This document shows, in pieces, positions 1 through 12,819 of a DNA stretch of 64,000 nucleotides. The DNA is taken from the NCBI GenBank assembly GCA_013265495.1, contig MU063089.1:270995-334994 (forward strand), given 5' to 3'. The position numbers and the translations under genes are program-made. The notes beneath the pieces were generated by a model. It was not told the origin of the DNA. It saw only the letters and a list, made by a program, of their open reading frames with translations, and ran no database searches. Positions within the stretch are counted from its first letter, which is position 1. Each line of letters begins with the position of its first letter. This stretch comes from Vicugna vicugna. Lineage: Eukaryota.

Positions 1-2984
1 AAGGTGGGTTCCCAGCTGTCAAATTCCTTCACCCCGTAATTAGCCAAGAACAAATCGCCACCAAGAGGCGGCTGTGCGGCCCGGTCAGAGGCGTGCAGGG
101 AGAGGGAGCACGGTGGGCACGGAGCTCCGTGGCAGGACCATGGACAGCCGCCTGCCCCTCCTTCTCAGTAAATGGCAAGCCCTCTCGAGAAAGGTCATTC
201 ACCCCCAGCGTTAACCGCACAGGCTGGAGATCTACAACACTCTCCGTCTCATCCCGCCATTGAAATGTTATTCCTGCAGCATAAACTTTCTTGGGCTGAG
301 GCCACCTGGAAAGTGTTTTCGAATCTGTTCTCCTGCACCCCGTGCACCAGTGCCCCTTCTCTCCCCAGCCTGCTGAGCTGCCCGCATCTCTCTATAAAGC
401 CAGCGAGAGCCTCTCGGCCAAGTGACCAGTGGGGGCTGATGACCGCCAGGCTTGCTGACTTCTGTGGGAGAATCAAGTTCTGTGGCTTCTTGGTTTTAAC
501 ACCCATGGTGATTTCCCTTGTACGGGAGGCTTCTATGAGCATAAACGTGGCTTTAAATCCTTCCTCGTCCTGTCTGATAAAGCACTGGATTTCTGCTCGG
601 AGATGTGCCTACGTCAGGTCTTTTACTTTCTGAATTCTAACGCTCTGACATCTGGGGTCCTGCTGGCCCAGGAGGGAGTGTCTCTCTCCAGGTCCGTCAA
701 TATCTAGAGTAAACACAGGAGTAATAACTAGTGAGTAATGGGTGCGTTTTTCAAATGCAAACTGATCAGCAGAGACCGTCCCCCGAACCCCTCTTTTATC
801 GGGCTCTCACCCTCTTGGCCACTATCCACCAGCCCTAATCTGGAACTCAGGGCCAGGCACCAGACAACCAAGCACAGATCCCACACCCCAGAGCCTGCTG
901 AAACTAACCAAACGGGCCAATCCTGAGCCTGCTCACTCTGTCTCTTCTGTTCCGTCCCATGGGACCATCATAAAGGCTTTGTCCAAGACCCTCCCTTACC
1001 CTCTGACTCCTGACCCACCCTGGTACTTCCCCACGTGGCCCAGAGGACCCATGAGGAACAAACTGTTTTTAAAGGCAGTCGTCTCCCGCCCTGTTGGTTT
1101 TATCAGACCTCAGACTTTCTATTCACACCTTGTATTTTACAACAAGATGGAAGTCTCCACTGAGCCACTCTCCCTAAACTCCAAGCCCACCTCCCACAAA
1201 GCAGCTGAAAGGTACGAGCAGCTTCGTCTTCATCTTGCTTTTCAAAGAGGAAAACCAATGGTTGTGATTGAAGAAAGAATCAAAGGAATCAAAGACACGC
1301 AGATACAAGTTTAATACTCTGCATATTGGAGAAAAGTTACCTGAAGTGACCTAACTTGAGTTGCTGTCTGATTTCCAAGGAAAAGCCTTGGTGCATTTCC
1401 CCCTGTGGGGCATTCATTAAAACCACCACAGAAGCATGACTTCTGAGGATTCTGAACCCTCATTAGTCTGTGTAAGAGCTCTCTGGGATTTGACCCAGTT
1501 TCAGCTCCCCAAGTCAGTGTATAAATGTTTTCCATATAAGGATTTGGTCAAGTATCTTCAATCACTAATAAAATTTGGGGCCCTAATGCCTCCCACAAAA
1601 CTTAAAATCTCTCCAGATGACACACGGGGGAGAAAGCCCATATTCCATTAAACCCTGAGTGGAGTCCCGAGACTGCTACTTGCGTTGGATAAAACATCTA
1701 CATCTTAATCGGAAGAACCAGAAGAACGAAACTATACACTGAAGTTATTTAAGACATAGAGGATTACAGCCACCACCCTTCAAAGAAAGTTCATCGAAAG
1801 CTCGAACCATTCGCAGGGATTTATACTCCTCGCAACCTACAGCACTAAATCAGTGTTGCAAGATGCTTGGGTGAACATGTGCTAAATAATGCATCTGGCT
1901 GCTAAGAGCTGGCGAATCATCCCCACGATTAGCAGAGGCAGCACAGCTGAGCGGGTCTCTACGGCGCTGACATTACACGCTCTTTACCCAGGAGACCCCG
2001 TTCCTGACCCAAGACCTTCGTTCACTTTTGCTGCTTTCCCCTCCACTTACGCACGTCTCAGGGCTTGACACGTGTGTGGACTGGTGGAATCTAACTCAAG
2101 CTCGGAATTCTCCAGGGGGTCATCCGTCTCAACCTGAATTATTGTGGGCATTAGGGAAAGCCGGATGGACTAACTCAAAGGTGGCCCCAGGAACAGAGCA
2201 ACCGAAGACTGAAAATATTCAGGCACTATCCTGTCTTCTGTGACTGACGGAGTGCTTTTTTTTTTTTAACTCTGAAATTTCCCACTGTTGTTAGGATGAT
2301 CATTAAGATTCACATAAACCTGTTTGATTTTGTAAAATGACGTCGGGTGACTACGACTTTCCCACGCTATCTGTTTTGGGGGTTGGCGTTTGCTAAGTGC
2401 TGCATTTACGTGGACGTTCCCAGCATATCCGTGGCCTCCATGTGATCCCCTCTACCTCCTGTCACCCCACCAATACCTTTTGCTGACCTCAGCCCAACGC
2501 CCGGAGGGCATTTAGGTAATCTGGGAAGTCAGGATGGCAAAATCTCTCCCTTTAGTCAGAGTCAACTGATCTGAAACCAACCGGCTTCAAACCTGATTTC
2601 TAGAGGCCCTAAAACAAGATGATTCGATAACCCTGTGCCACATTTAAAGCTCCCCTCACCATCCAGAAAGCGCTCTTCAGCTCCACGCCCAGCGCCCCCC
2701 AGCTCAGCTCACAACCCTGGCATTTCTCAGAGCTGGTAACAGGGGTCCTGCCAGTTGTCCAGCCGGCTGTGCAGAGAACCCCCTAAATGCAGATGCAAGA
2801 AACACTTTGTTGGCAAGAGATTGAGTAAATTGCTCTTTTTTTTTTTAAAGTGAACCTTTTTCTGGAGTGGATTGGTGTTGATTTTCTGTTTCAAATCAGT
2901 ACAAAAGGCAGTGGGTCACTGCTTCTGCCTCAGGGCTCAGCTTCAGTGGATTTCTTTCTGTTTGCTCTGGGGCTGCACACTGGC

Positions 2985-3310
2985 CAGTGGCTCCTGACCC
3001 ACTCTGCCCGAGGACCATGGGGTGGCAGGATCCACGGCCACAGCGGCAGGGATACCAAGGCAAGCCCGTCCCTGGGAGACGTGGGATGCCCTTGGGGGCG
3101 GCTTTGGCTCAGTGATTCCCCGATGGCCCCAGGGAACCTGCCCCAGGCTGCAGTTGTCCTGGAGGACACCCCTCCTCAACTTTCCTCCCCGACCTCCTTC
3201 ACTCTGGTGGGGGCCCTTCACAACCCAGCTTCCCCAGCTCGCTGACCTCGCCCTCCTTACAGGTATTTCCCTAATAAAGTCCCTGCACATGTCATCCCTT
3301 CTTAGAAGCT
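2985..3310 (+). mobile_element. Putative old ERVL-type solo LTR (LTR16/LTR33-like)
   Basis: GC-rich body ending in ttccctAATAAAgtccctgcacatgtcatccc, resembling the polyA-signal/U5 end of LTR16-class LTRs; recalled similarity only. Confidence 0.35.
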
Positions 3311-3581
3311 CCCGCGGTGACCTTGGGATGTCCTATGAGGGCTGAAGCCAGGTGAACTAACTAAGGCTTCGCCAGACTCACATCAACGCCCACTTTGTGC
3401 GGGCCAACCAGCCGGTTAAAACCTTCATGGATGTATGAAGGCTGCTCCACCCTGACCCCAAAGCCCGCTGTGTTCCTTGGCCCCCAGGAGAGGTCCCTGA
3501 CCGGCAGGCAGAGGACCTTGAGGAGACCCCACCACTGGATCAGGGTCAGAGACAATGGCAGAGGCGAGATTCAAAGCAGGA

Positions 3582-3599
3582 GGGATGGGGCAGGGAGGG
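3582..3599 (+). other. G-quadruplex motif
   Basis: GGG-AT-GGGG-CA-GGG-A-GGG fits G3+N1-7 x4. Confidence 0.7.
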
Positions 3600-3611
3600 T
3601 GTGATCATGCC

Positions 3612-3698
3612 TGTGTGCGCGCACATGTGTGCGTGTGTGCCTGTGTGCAGGGGAGTATGCGTATACGTCTGTGCACATGTGCACGTGTGTGTGTGTGT
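3612..3698. repeat. Degenerate (TG/CA)n alternating purine-pyrimidine tract
   Basis: tgtgtgcgcgcacatgtgtgcgtgtgtg...gtgcacatgtgcacgtgtgtgtgtgtg; includes the perfect 14-bp palindrome GTGCACATGTGCAC at 3671-3684. Confidence 0.85.
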
Positions 3699-3862
3699 TC
3701 AGAGTCTGGAGCAGGGGCATCTCAAGGGAGCAGGGCTGCCTAACACGGATCAGCTGTGTTTTTCTGCACTACTTTCCCCATTAACGCTCTCCCTGAAGGC
3801 TGCAGAAATCCTACAGCCCAGGTTCTGTGTTTAATTTCCACACAAATCAACTGGGAGGATGG

Positions 3863-3980
3863 CCTTTGCCTCCCCTCCCTCTCCTGCCTTCCCTCTTCCT
3901 TTCCCTCCGAACCTCTTCCTCCATCCCTCCCTCGGTCCGTCCCTCTCTCTCAGTTTCCCTCCCTCCTCTAGTTTCTTTCC
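3863..3980. repeat. CT-rich polypyrimidine low-complexity tract
   Basis: Almost continuous C/T sequence (cctcccctccctctcctgccttccctcttcctttccc...). Confidence 0.85.
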
Positions 3981-4239
3981 TGTGGCATCAGGTCCCTGGT
4001 CTGCTGGGAGACGGTACCTCCTGGGTAGGGAGCTGAGGGAGGCCCGCCCTTCTTTAGACGTTCTGTCTCCTCCACTTTAATCCTCCTTCCTCCCTTTGGC
4101 GAGCCCAGAAAGCCCCGATGGTGTTTGCTAGGTCTCTATAAAACCCATGCTCGAGAGAGGAGAGCTCCAGGACCCCGATCGGAGGAGGGGCTTGACCCCA
4201 GCCAGAGCCTGACTGAAGCTGAGAGCAAAGGGCCCGGCA

Positions 4240-4257
4240 GGGCAGGGTGGGGAGGGG
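4240..4257 (+). other. G-quadruplex motif
   Basis: GGG-CA-GGG-T-GGGG-A-GGGG. Confidence 0.7.
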
Positions 4258-6864
4258 CGATGGAGACCCAGCAGAGCGCCTCCCTCAGCCTCAGATGCCA
4301 GGGCACCCCACGGACCGCCTTCCCGCGCCAGCCGCGGTGCCTTCGCCCCTCCGTCTGTGTAATCCCAGGACCAGGCTCCTTCCTCGAGCTGCTGCAGCTC
4401 TGGGCTGAAAATGAGAGGCTGATGGTGAGGAGTCTCCCAGCAACTTCAAATCAGACCGTGAACTCGTACTCAGCCATGCTGGTGACGCCTTTTACAGGTC
4501 AGCTGGAAATAAAGACAGGGTGACGGCACGGCTGCGCTCCTGCGGCGGCGTCTTCACGAGCCTCGGTGACGCGTGGTCCCCCCGCTCTGCCGCCCAGGCC
4601 ATCGTTTATTTAGCAGACACGGTGCTGTGAGGATGGTCCTCGACTCACTGTCAAGCAAAGGCAGCAGCAGGTTAACTTGCCACAGTGGATTCAAGTCCCA
4701 GCTTCTGGTCTTCCGCATAACCGTGGGTTTCGTTCTGGACCAAACCAGACTCAGAAGGACCAGCGCCGCCTGAACGGGGGGACGGGAGCTGAGGGGCCGT
4801 GTGGCCTTCCCGCCTTGGCGTGTGTCTGCAAGGTGCTCCCGAGGCTTGTTGCCCAGGTTTTCACCATAAAACGGGGGGTGCAGCGTTACCTACAACGCTG
4901 CCTGAACAGCCCCGACCACGAGGGTGACTGTCTTTTCCTGGGAGTCACTAGTTTAAGCCACTGGAAACGGGCACTTTTGCGTAAAAGTGGTCAGATGCCG
5001 GCAGCCTCCTATGGGTCCGCCTCTCACAGCAGCGCCGCGGTCCTGTTCTGGGTGATCACAGAGGTAAAGGCGAGAGCAGTGGGGAGGCGGTGGCAGCGCA
5101 GCTGTTTGTCCATGAAGTGCACCCCTCTCCCTGCACCAGGCAACCTTCGGAGAGGGGGAGCTCTGGCTGCTGGAGGTTACAGCCCTCCAGGGGGAACACT
5201 AGTTCAGAATTTTTAAAATCAGCTTTATATTTCCTTCTAAAAGACTTTGGGGGTAGAGGGAGGTAGACGAAAGCCCGCAGGGGAAGGCAGAACTTGAAGA
5301 TGGAGAGAAAACATCCCACACCTGGTGGAGCTGAGAAGACTCACAACTGGTAAGCCGTAACTTGTCTGTCGTACCACATAAAACACCCCCAAAGCGCAGA
5401 CAAGGATGTTTGGGGTCTGCAGACCGCATTGCTGGCAAAAAACCTCTCCAGGCGCAGCACCTGGGCAGGGCAGGTAACAGCTCCTTTGGCAGATATGAGC
5501 TCAGAAGCCATCCTCTTCTCTCCTGCCTCCCAGACAGATTGAGGACTGCCTGTCCCATCCCCACTCACTCAGAGGGGAGCATTCGCACCCACAGCTTTTC
5601 TTCTTTTGGTCAGCTGCGCTGGAGGTTTTATCACTCTGAGGAAAAGGAACACGTGGAGGCCAGTGAACAAGTCTACCGTCCAAAAGACGCGCTGCCTCCA
5701 CATCCTCGCTCTGAGCGAGAACTCCTCAGCCCTTGCTGCGGGGCCGGGAAGCCCAGCCAGGCACTTATTTTTGCAAAGTTTCTCAGAGCTGCACGACTCC
5801 TCCTTAACACACTGTATTAACCGTACGCAGGACGGGTAGCTGTGTCCGAGTCCACGCACGTCCAAGCAAGCAGAAAGGAGGGTGACCAGGTGGTGCGGGG
5901 GGCAGAGGGCTGTTCGCGGCTGAGGGCGCAGCTGGCGGCCGACCCGGAGGAGAGCAAACAAAACCTGCAGTGATCACGGCCGGGCCGGGCTGATCCTCTG
6001 TTAATTCTGCCGCGTTATGAAGACATGACTGAGGAGCGTGTGCTCGACGGTGTAAGGAGGCAAGAGAGCTTTTAGAAAGATTGCACTGGAAGAAACGAAC
6101 ACCAAAGGGAGTGGCTGAATTGTTGCTGAACTGGTGCAGGTAGGAATTTTCCAACTGGTACCCCAAACGAGGGCCCAGCAATGGCCGATCCCTGAGAGTT
6201 ACTGCAGGTAGACTGGATCCTGTGTGCGGAGAGCAGGGCTTCTGATCAGCAGGGTCCACTGTTATTTAAGTTGTGCAGGACCCCATGGGGCCGCAGCTTT
6301 AGCCAAACACAAACTGCCCTGGACATGCAGACACGTGTCCTGATGGAAGACAAGGGCGCTTCCTCCGGGTCGCCGGGCACACAGCCCTGCAGAGGCAACC
6401 CTGGCCTCCGGCACACACTCTTCTCCACGGGACACTGTCACCGTCCCTGGGCCAGCCACGACGGGCCCGGCAGGAGAAGAGGACAAAGACAAGGAGGAGC
6501 CTCTGGCACAGGAGAGCCACAGGGAGTGTCCGTGAGGCCAGGCCAGCAGCCACTCTCACAGCCAGAGTCCCCATGCCCCGTAGCAAGGCACTACGAGATC
6601 ACGGCTGCGCTGGGAAGCAACAAAGCCACTGATTTCTTCACAGCAGTTGGTTCCCCTTTCCCATCACGTGCTCACCACATCTTCCCTCGGCCTCCAGACG
6701 TCCTTTCAGGGGAAGCAGCTCTGAGTTTAAAGCTGGGTCCACAGGGGCATCTGAGGAAGGTACAGCCAGCAAGCTACCTTCCTGGGGCGTCCAGAATGGG
6801 GACACTCGGCAGTGCGTGTGCCGATCCCAACCCCAGTCACAGTTCCTACCGCCCTCCTCCTGCT

Positions 6865-7050
6865 GCACGCACGTGCTCCAGGCCTCTGCACGGCTGCGTC
6901 CTGAACTCTTTCACACACGTGTGTGGGCACACGCATACAGACACAGACACGCTCACACACATGCACCACGTGCACAGATGATGCCCCCAGACACACACAC
7001 ACACACAAACACACAGACAGACACATAGACATAGACACATAGACACACAC
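6865..7050. repeat. Compound CA-rich microsatellite/low-complexity tract
   Basis: (CA)n, (CAGA)n and CATAGA units; palindrome CACACACGTGTGTG at 6912-6925. Confidence 0.85.
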
Positions 7051-7469
7051 GGCTTCTTCCTCCTCCTGTTTCCTGTCTCAGTGTGGACACCAAACTGCCC
7101 CCTAACCTCAGCCCAAACACCTGGGAGTCTCTTCATTCCCTTGTGCTGCTGTCCTGTTTATTCCCTCACCAGCCACGTCCACTCAGTGCTAAGCCCCTGG
7201 GCCTGCCCCCATCTCCCGCCCCTGTCCCACTGTCACAGTTCAGACACTGAGGCATCTCTCACCTGGACCCCCACAGTGACCCCCATGTCTGACCTCATTT
7301 CCTCTCCAATCCACCATCCACCAGAACTGTCTGAAAACGCACGGGCTCCGGCCTGCATGGAAGGGACCGTGGAAGGGACCGGGCAAGCATCTCACAGAAC
7401 TGCCCGAGCATCTGCCCTTCTGTGCAGCAGCCCCGTTTTCAGGAGGTTGCCGGGAAGACCCACGTTCAC

Positions 7470-7680
7470 GCACTGAAATAATTCACCACGGCATCGTCTG
7501 CAACAGCAGAACATTGGAAACAGCCAAGGGCCCAGCCCTCGGAGACTGGTCACAGAAACAACGTGTTAACATACTCGGGAACCAGTGTGGGGAAGTGGAA
7601 GCGGAGGACGTGGGGAGGAACCCTGTGATGGATTGGTATTACCGGTGTAAACGTGTAAGTTTTAAAAAAATATACTTTCC
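7470..7680 (+). mobile_element. Ancient L1 (L1ME-like) 3' fragment
   Basis: ttggaaacagccaagggcccagccctcggagactgg resembles the L1M motif tggaaacaacctaaatgtccatcaataggggactgg. Confidence 0.5.
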
Positions 7681-9954
7681 CAACACTCTCCACACAAAGG
7701 CCGAGAAGCAGTGACACTTCTGCGTCACAGAACACAGTCGGCACCCGGACCCTAGTTTCCAGTGATCGCTTCTTGCAGAAAGGAACCAGGGCTCCTCAGA
7801 GAAGCGGTCAGTTCCAAGCCTGGGGCACCGAAGCAGCCAGTGAGGCAGGAAGCCCGGAAGTGCTCAGGATGGAACGGGGGCCCACGGGGACACAGGGGCT
7901 GAGCTGAGGGGCTCCCATGGGCCCAGTGGGGACAATCTGAGCATCACGAGCAGAGTGGCATTAATGAACTAATGAGTCCTGTGGGTCTAAAGTGGGGTGT
8001 GGTGGGGAGTTTTCCGAAGAGAACACCAACCTACCAACGGAGGGGGGAAGACAGGGCTGCAGAGACGCCCTCAGCCGCGGAGGGTGCGGTGTCTGCGCAC
8101 CGCCGAGGGGCCGCGGTGACAGTGCAGGGAAGGACGCGGCCAGGCAACGCCCAGACATGCTGGCATCGCGGGCCCCTGCTGCGAGGCAGTGGGAAGACCA
8201 CGCCGCTCCAGTGATGCTTTTGCCAAAGACGTTTAGCTTTTGTCTAATTCTGAGTGAACAGTCACACGGATCCAGACGAGGGGACAGGATCTACACAGCT
8301 GGCCTGCACTCAGCAAACGTCAACCAAGGAAAACAGGGCACAGCGAGAAGTGGGGGGACAATTCCACATGGAAGGAGACCAGAGCCACGTCCCCAGAGGC
8401 AACCTGCCCCCCTTGATCAGACCCCAGACAAAGGACAGAAGAGTTTTAAGTTCATTTGGGGAGAATGGAGGACATTTAACTATGGACCGGATGTCAGATA
8501 ACACATTCAATGCACTGTCACGGCTCAGTCTTTGCGGGTGACGCTGGCACTGTGGCTGTGTAGGAAAACAAATATGCTTTCTTCCTAGGGACCCATGCTC
8601 AAGTACTGAGTCACAGTGTCTGTAACCCATCCCCAGAATCTTTGGAAAAAGATTCTGGAAAAAAAAATACAGAGGGAAGGAGAGGTGGTCCACGGGCAGG
8701 CGCTAACCATCTGAGAATCCACAGGTAGGGCGGTTATTCCCTGCACTACCCTTCCACCTTTTCTGCAGGTGTGGAACTTTCAGAATAAAAAGCTGGAGAG
8801 AAAGTCCTTCCCCGCTGTGGTCGCTCACAGAGTGAAGTCGAGACTCTGACCCCGCAAAGGGTCTTGTGTGTCCGGTCTCCGCCCGATCCACCTGCCAACT
8901 TCATTTCTTGTCACTGCCACCACCTCCCACGCCTTGCACCTGCCGCCCCCTCCACACTGGCCAGCCCGCAGTCCCTCTGTCACACTGGGCCTTCCCTCCC
9001 CACTCAGCCAGGCCCCTGGGGTTCCTTCCACCATTAAGGATTCCTTCCTTCCTTTCCATACTGTAACTTCTCCTTTAAACTTGTCTCAGACAAGACTCCT
9101 TGCTGGACAAATGCCTTTCCTGCACACCCCCCAGGCTTGGGTGCTACGTCCCTCACACCCTGCACCAAGCCGCACGGAAGGGGACTGATGCCCCCGTGTC
9201 CTGCACCAAACAGCAGGCTCCCTGGGGAGAAGCGGCTTCAAATCCTGACTGCACTGTCGGGACCCGGCACCCGCAGTGTCGACAGCCTGACCCCTGTGGG
9301 AGCCGGGCAGGGATGCCTCCAAACACGCCGCCCTCCCCACGTAGCAGGATGCCTTCCTGCTCCCTTACTGTCTGTCTCTGCTCAGCTCTGGATGACACTG
9401 TGTTGTGGATAACAGCTCATGGCGTTCTGGAGGGCTGAGCCCGTTCAGGGTCCGCCCCAAATCAGAAAGTGAACCCTGGGAGCAGAGAGAGAACAACTTT
9501 GCAGACCCTGGGGCTGCCGATGTCCATGAAAACCCCTCCCACCTCCGGGGCTCCTGCTTGGCTGCTCCCGGGCAGAGAAAGCACCCTGAGAGTCTGTAAA
9601 TGTCTTCCGTCCTAACGGCCACGGCCAGCCGCCTCTCTCAGACCCACTGCAGGCCTTTTATCACGCTGTACTCCAACTGCTGTTGGCTCTCGGTTTCTGT
9701 GGTTGGGGCTGAGCGGGTGGAGCAGGAAAAGCTGGAGGAAGGGCGATCTTCCCTCCCTTTGAGTTTGCCCCTCAGTTGTCTCCTTCACATGGCATCTGGC
9801 CGCCCAGCACCGCAGAGAAGAGCCAGCATCCCCTGCTGCATGGACACAGCTTCGCTGTGACCCAGAACATGGACCCACCCTTGGCCAGTCCAGCTGCACG
9901 TGGGGCAGGGGCTGCTGCCCGTGTCTGCCCCGTGCATGCTAGGCACACAGTTCA

Positions 9955-10075
9955 CGTGCGATTTCTCAGTGCACATCCCCATTTTAGAGGTGTGGAAACT
10001 GAAGTTTGAGAGCTAAAGAGGCACAGCCGGTAAGCAGGCTTCGATGGCCAGGAAGTGACAGAGACAGGGCCTTCC
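9955..10075 (-). mobile_element. MIR SINE fragment
   Basis: ccccattttagaggtgtggaaactgaagtttgagag matches the MIR core cccattttacagatgaggaaactgaggc. Confidence 0.7.
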
Positions 10076-10317
10076 GACAGCGAACCTCTCCAGATTACTT
10101 GCCGATCAATCACCAATCAATTTCACTCACAGACGCTCCTTCCACCGGTGGCCTGCAGGCAGAAGGGCCTTGCTCGCACATCCCTCTGCTGGGTCCCTGT
10201 CTCCCCCTCCGCCCCCACCGCCACTCACTAGGCAGGATTTCATAAAGAAATGAGAAATTCCTTCCTGATCGCTAAAATTATACTTGCTTGCAATCGGGAC
10301 TTCCTGCTTGAGCTTTT

Positions 10318-10497
10318 AGAACTTTCTCATTAGCTGTAGCTGCTCATCAGAAACACCTGGGGAGAATTTTAAAGCTCCCTATCTCAGCATGCACCGCAGA
10401 CTAATTACTTCCGTCGCTCTAGGGGCGGGACAGAGGCATATGTCTTTTGAAAGGTCCCAGGGTGATCATGATGTGTTGCCGAGGCTGAGAACCACTG
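10318..10497. mobile_element. MER5-family hAT-Charlie MITE
   Basis: atcagaaacacctggggagaattttaaa body; cccagggtgatcatgatg and terminal tgagaaccactg are typical of MER5A/B. Confidence 0.75.
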
Positions 10498-11440
10498 GCA
10501 GCATTTCTGCCAAAGCTGCCAGGCAAGGGGCAGAACTTCTCCATCTAAGGGATGGCTGCAAAGGATGCTGAACTCGGAGCACTGCCCAGGTCTGAAGCCA
10601 GGTCCTCGTCAGCATGCCGAGCAGAAGAGTATCCTCGATTCTTCCTGGGGTGCATCATGCCAGAGGTGCCCACGCACAGCCCTTGCTCCCTGAGCGCCTG
10701 CTCCCCTGACACGTGACACCTGCATCGTCACCTAATGGACTAGGCAAGTCCAGCCAGTGTCAGACCATCCTCTCTCCCAGAGCTGTTCCAGCTCTGCACC
10801 TTATAAAAGACCCCACAAGCAATTTAGTGCAGTGGTTACAAGCACAGCTCTGGGGCCAGGATGTCTGGTCCCGCTGACCTTGACTCTCCATGGAGATCAC
10901 CTGCAGATAATTCCCTCCAGGTAGGCAGCGCCCCATGTTCTCCCCTGTTTGCAACAGTTCTCTGGCCAGAGAACAGGCTCAGTAGGACTGGCCAGAGTGT
11001 CAGGGAGTGAGCAATCCAATGATGCTCAGCCAAAGGGGGAAGTGATGGGTGGACAAAGACTCCTGCTTCCTCATCCCTTGGTGGGTCCCAGGGGGGCTGA
11101 GCCCCGGCTACCCACAGCCACTGGCCCCCAGATGCACCCTGCCTGCCTTCCTCACTCCCTGGCCATGCCTCCTGGGACCACCACCTCCACCCAAGCGCTT
11201 GCTCAGGCGCAGCCACTGGAGCAACTGAAGCTGAGATATTTCGAGATCCTGAATTAAGGTCTCTGAGCCTGGGGTTGCCTCAGTCTCTGTGCAAGTGGAA
11301 GGAGGCACTGCATCAGGAGCTTGGCTCAGGGAAAAGCTAGGAAAGCAGCTACAACTAGGCAACCCCGAGACTCCTTCACACCCCTTGGCGGTGCAGTCCC
11401 CAGGGGCCACAGTGTGGTCCCACCAGATGGATGGGCAGCT

Positions 11441-12222
11441 GGGTTAAAAATATACAAACAGCTCACACAGCTTAATACTGAGAAAAAAAAAAAGNNNNNN
11501 NNNNNNNNNNNNNNNNNNNNNNNNNNNNNNNNNNNNNNNNNNNNNNNNNNNNNNNNNNNNNNNNNNNNNNNNNNNNNNNNNNNNNNNNNNNNNNNNNNNN
11601 NNNNNNNNNNNNNNNNNNNNNNNNNNNNNNNNNNNNNNNNNNNNNNNNNNNNNNNNNNNNNNNNNNNNNNNCAAATGATAAATGCTGGAGAGGATGTGGA
11701 GAAAAGGGAACCCTCCTACACTGTTGGTGGGAACGTAGTTTGCTGCAGCCACTATGGAGGGCAGTATGGAGGTTCCTTAAAAAACTAAAACTAGGCTTAC
11801 TGTGTGATCCAGAAATCCCACTCCTATGCATACATCCAGAGAAGAATAAAATTCAAAAAGACACATGCACCCCAATGTTCATAGCAGCCAAGACATAAGA
11901 ACAACCTAAACTCCACTGACAGAGGACTGGATAAAGAAGGTGTGGTATATTTACACAATGAAATACTACTCAGTCATAAAAAAGAATAAAATAATGCATT
12001 TGCAGCAACATGGATGAACATGGAGATTGTGATTCTAAGTGAAGTAAGCCAGAAAGAGAAAGAAAAACACCATATGATATTGCTTGTATGTGAAATCTTA
12101 AAAAAAGGACACAAATGAACTTATCTACAAAACAGAAACAGACTCACAGACACAGAGAACAAACTTACGATTACCAGGGGGTAAAGGGGATGGGAAAGGA
12201 TAAATCAGGAGTTCGAAATTGG
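11441..12222 (+). mobile_element. 5'-truncated Cetartiodactyla/camelid-type L1 (ORF2 C-terminus + 3' UTR); N gap 11495-11671
   Basis: aaatgctggagaggatgtggagaaaagggaaccctcctacactgttggtggg; gcagcaacatggatg; gaagtaagccagaaagag; ORF2 C-terminal motifs. Confidence 0.95.
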
Positions 12223-12224
12223 CA

Positions 12225-12378
12225 CCTGTTGGGGAGTGATGGCCATGTTAGCTACCTTGACTGTGGTGGTGGTTTCACAGGTATATATAACTAACAAAAT
12301 TCATCAAACTGTACATCTGAAATGTGCGCAGTCTACTGAACAGGAATTACACCACAATAAAGGTGTTAAAAACAAACA
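12225..12378 (+). mobile_element. Old L1 (L1MB/L1MC-like) 3' terminus
   Basis: taccttgactgtggtggtggtttcacaggtatatat...aaattcatcaaactgtacat...caataaaggtgttaaaaa. Confidence 0.75.
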
Positions 12379-12726
12379 AAAAACTCCAATTGTGTTCAAG
12401 GCTTTCCATCGACTCTAAAACCTCATCAATATGTGTGTCTGTGCTCATGATGGAATTTACTTCAAGATATAAAAGACCTGACGTTTCTAATTACAGACAC
12501 ACGCTATAAAAATAAATAGAAAAGGGGCAATGTGATACTTACTAAGAGAGGTGGGGAAAAACACGACACTAAGTCAAGACTATTATTTATTTTGAGAATT
12601 AAAGTTGATCTTGGCGTTTTGACAGGCAGGGCAGAAAGGGCAGCATGACAGGGCACGTGATGTAATTTATAGGTCAAGTGTGCACAGACGGAGGGCGTGC
12701 TGGAAGACACCTGTGACAGCTCACTA

Positions 12727-12790
12727 TTATTTTCTATTTAAAAGGAAGAGATACCGTTTATTTTCTATTTAAAAGGAAGAGATACCGTTT
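12727..12790. repeat. Perfect 31-bp tandem duplication
   Basis: TTATTTTCTATTTAAAAGGAAGAGATACCGT at 12727-12757 and 12758-12788. Confidence 0.95.
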
Positions 12791-12819
12791 CTGGAAAACC
12801 TCGGGGAAGCATTTCAAAA

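Noticed and set aside
6271-6981. 236-aa plus ORF and overlapping ORFs
   Set aside because: GC-rich composition plus CA-repeat-derived H/T runs; no recognisable protein
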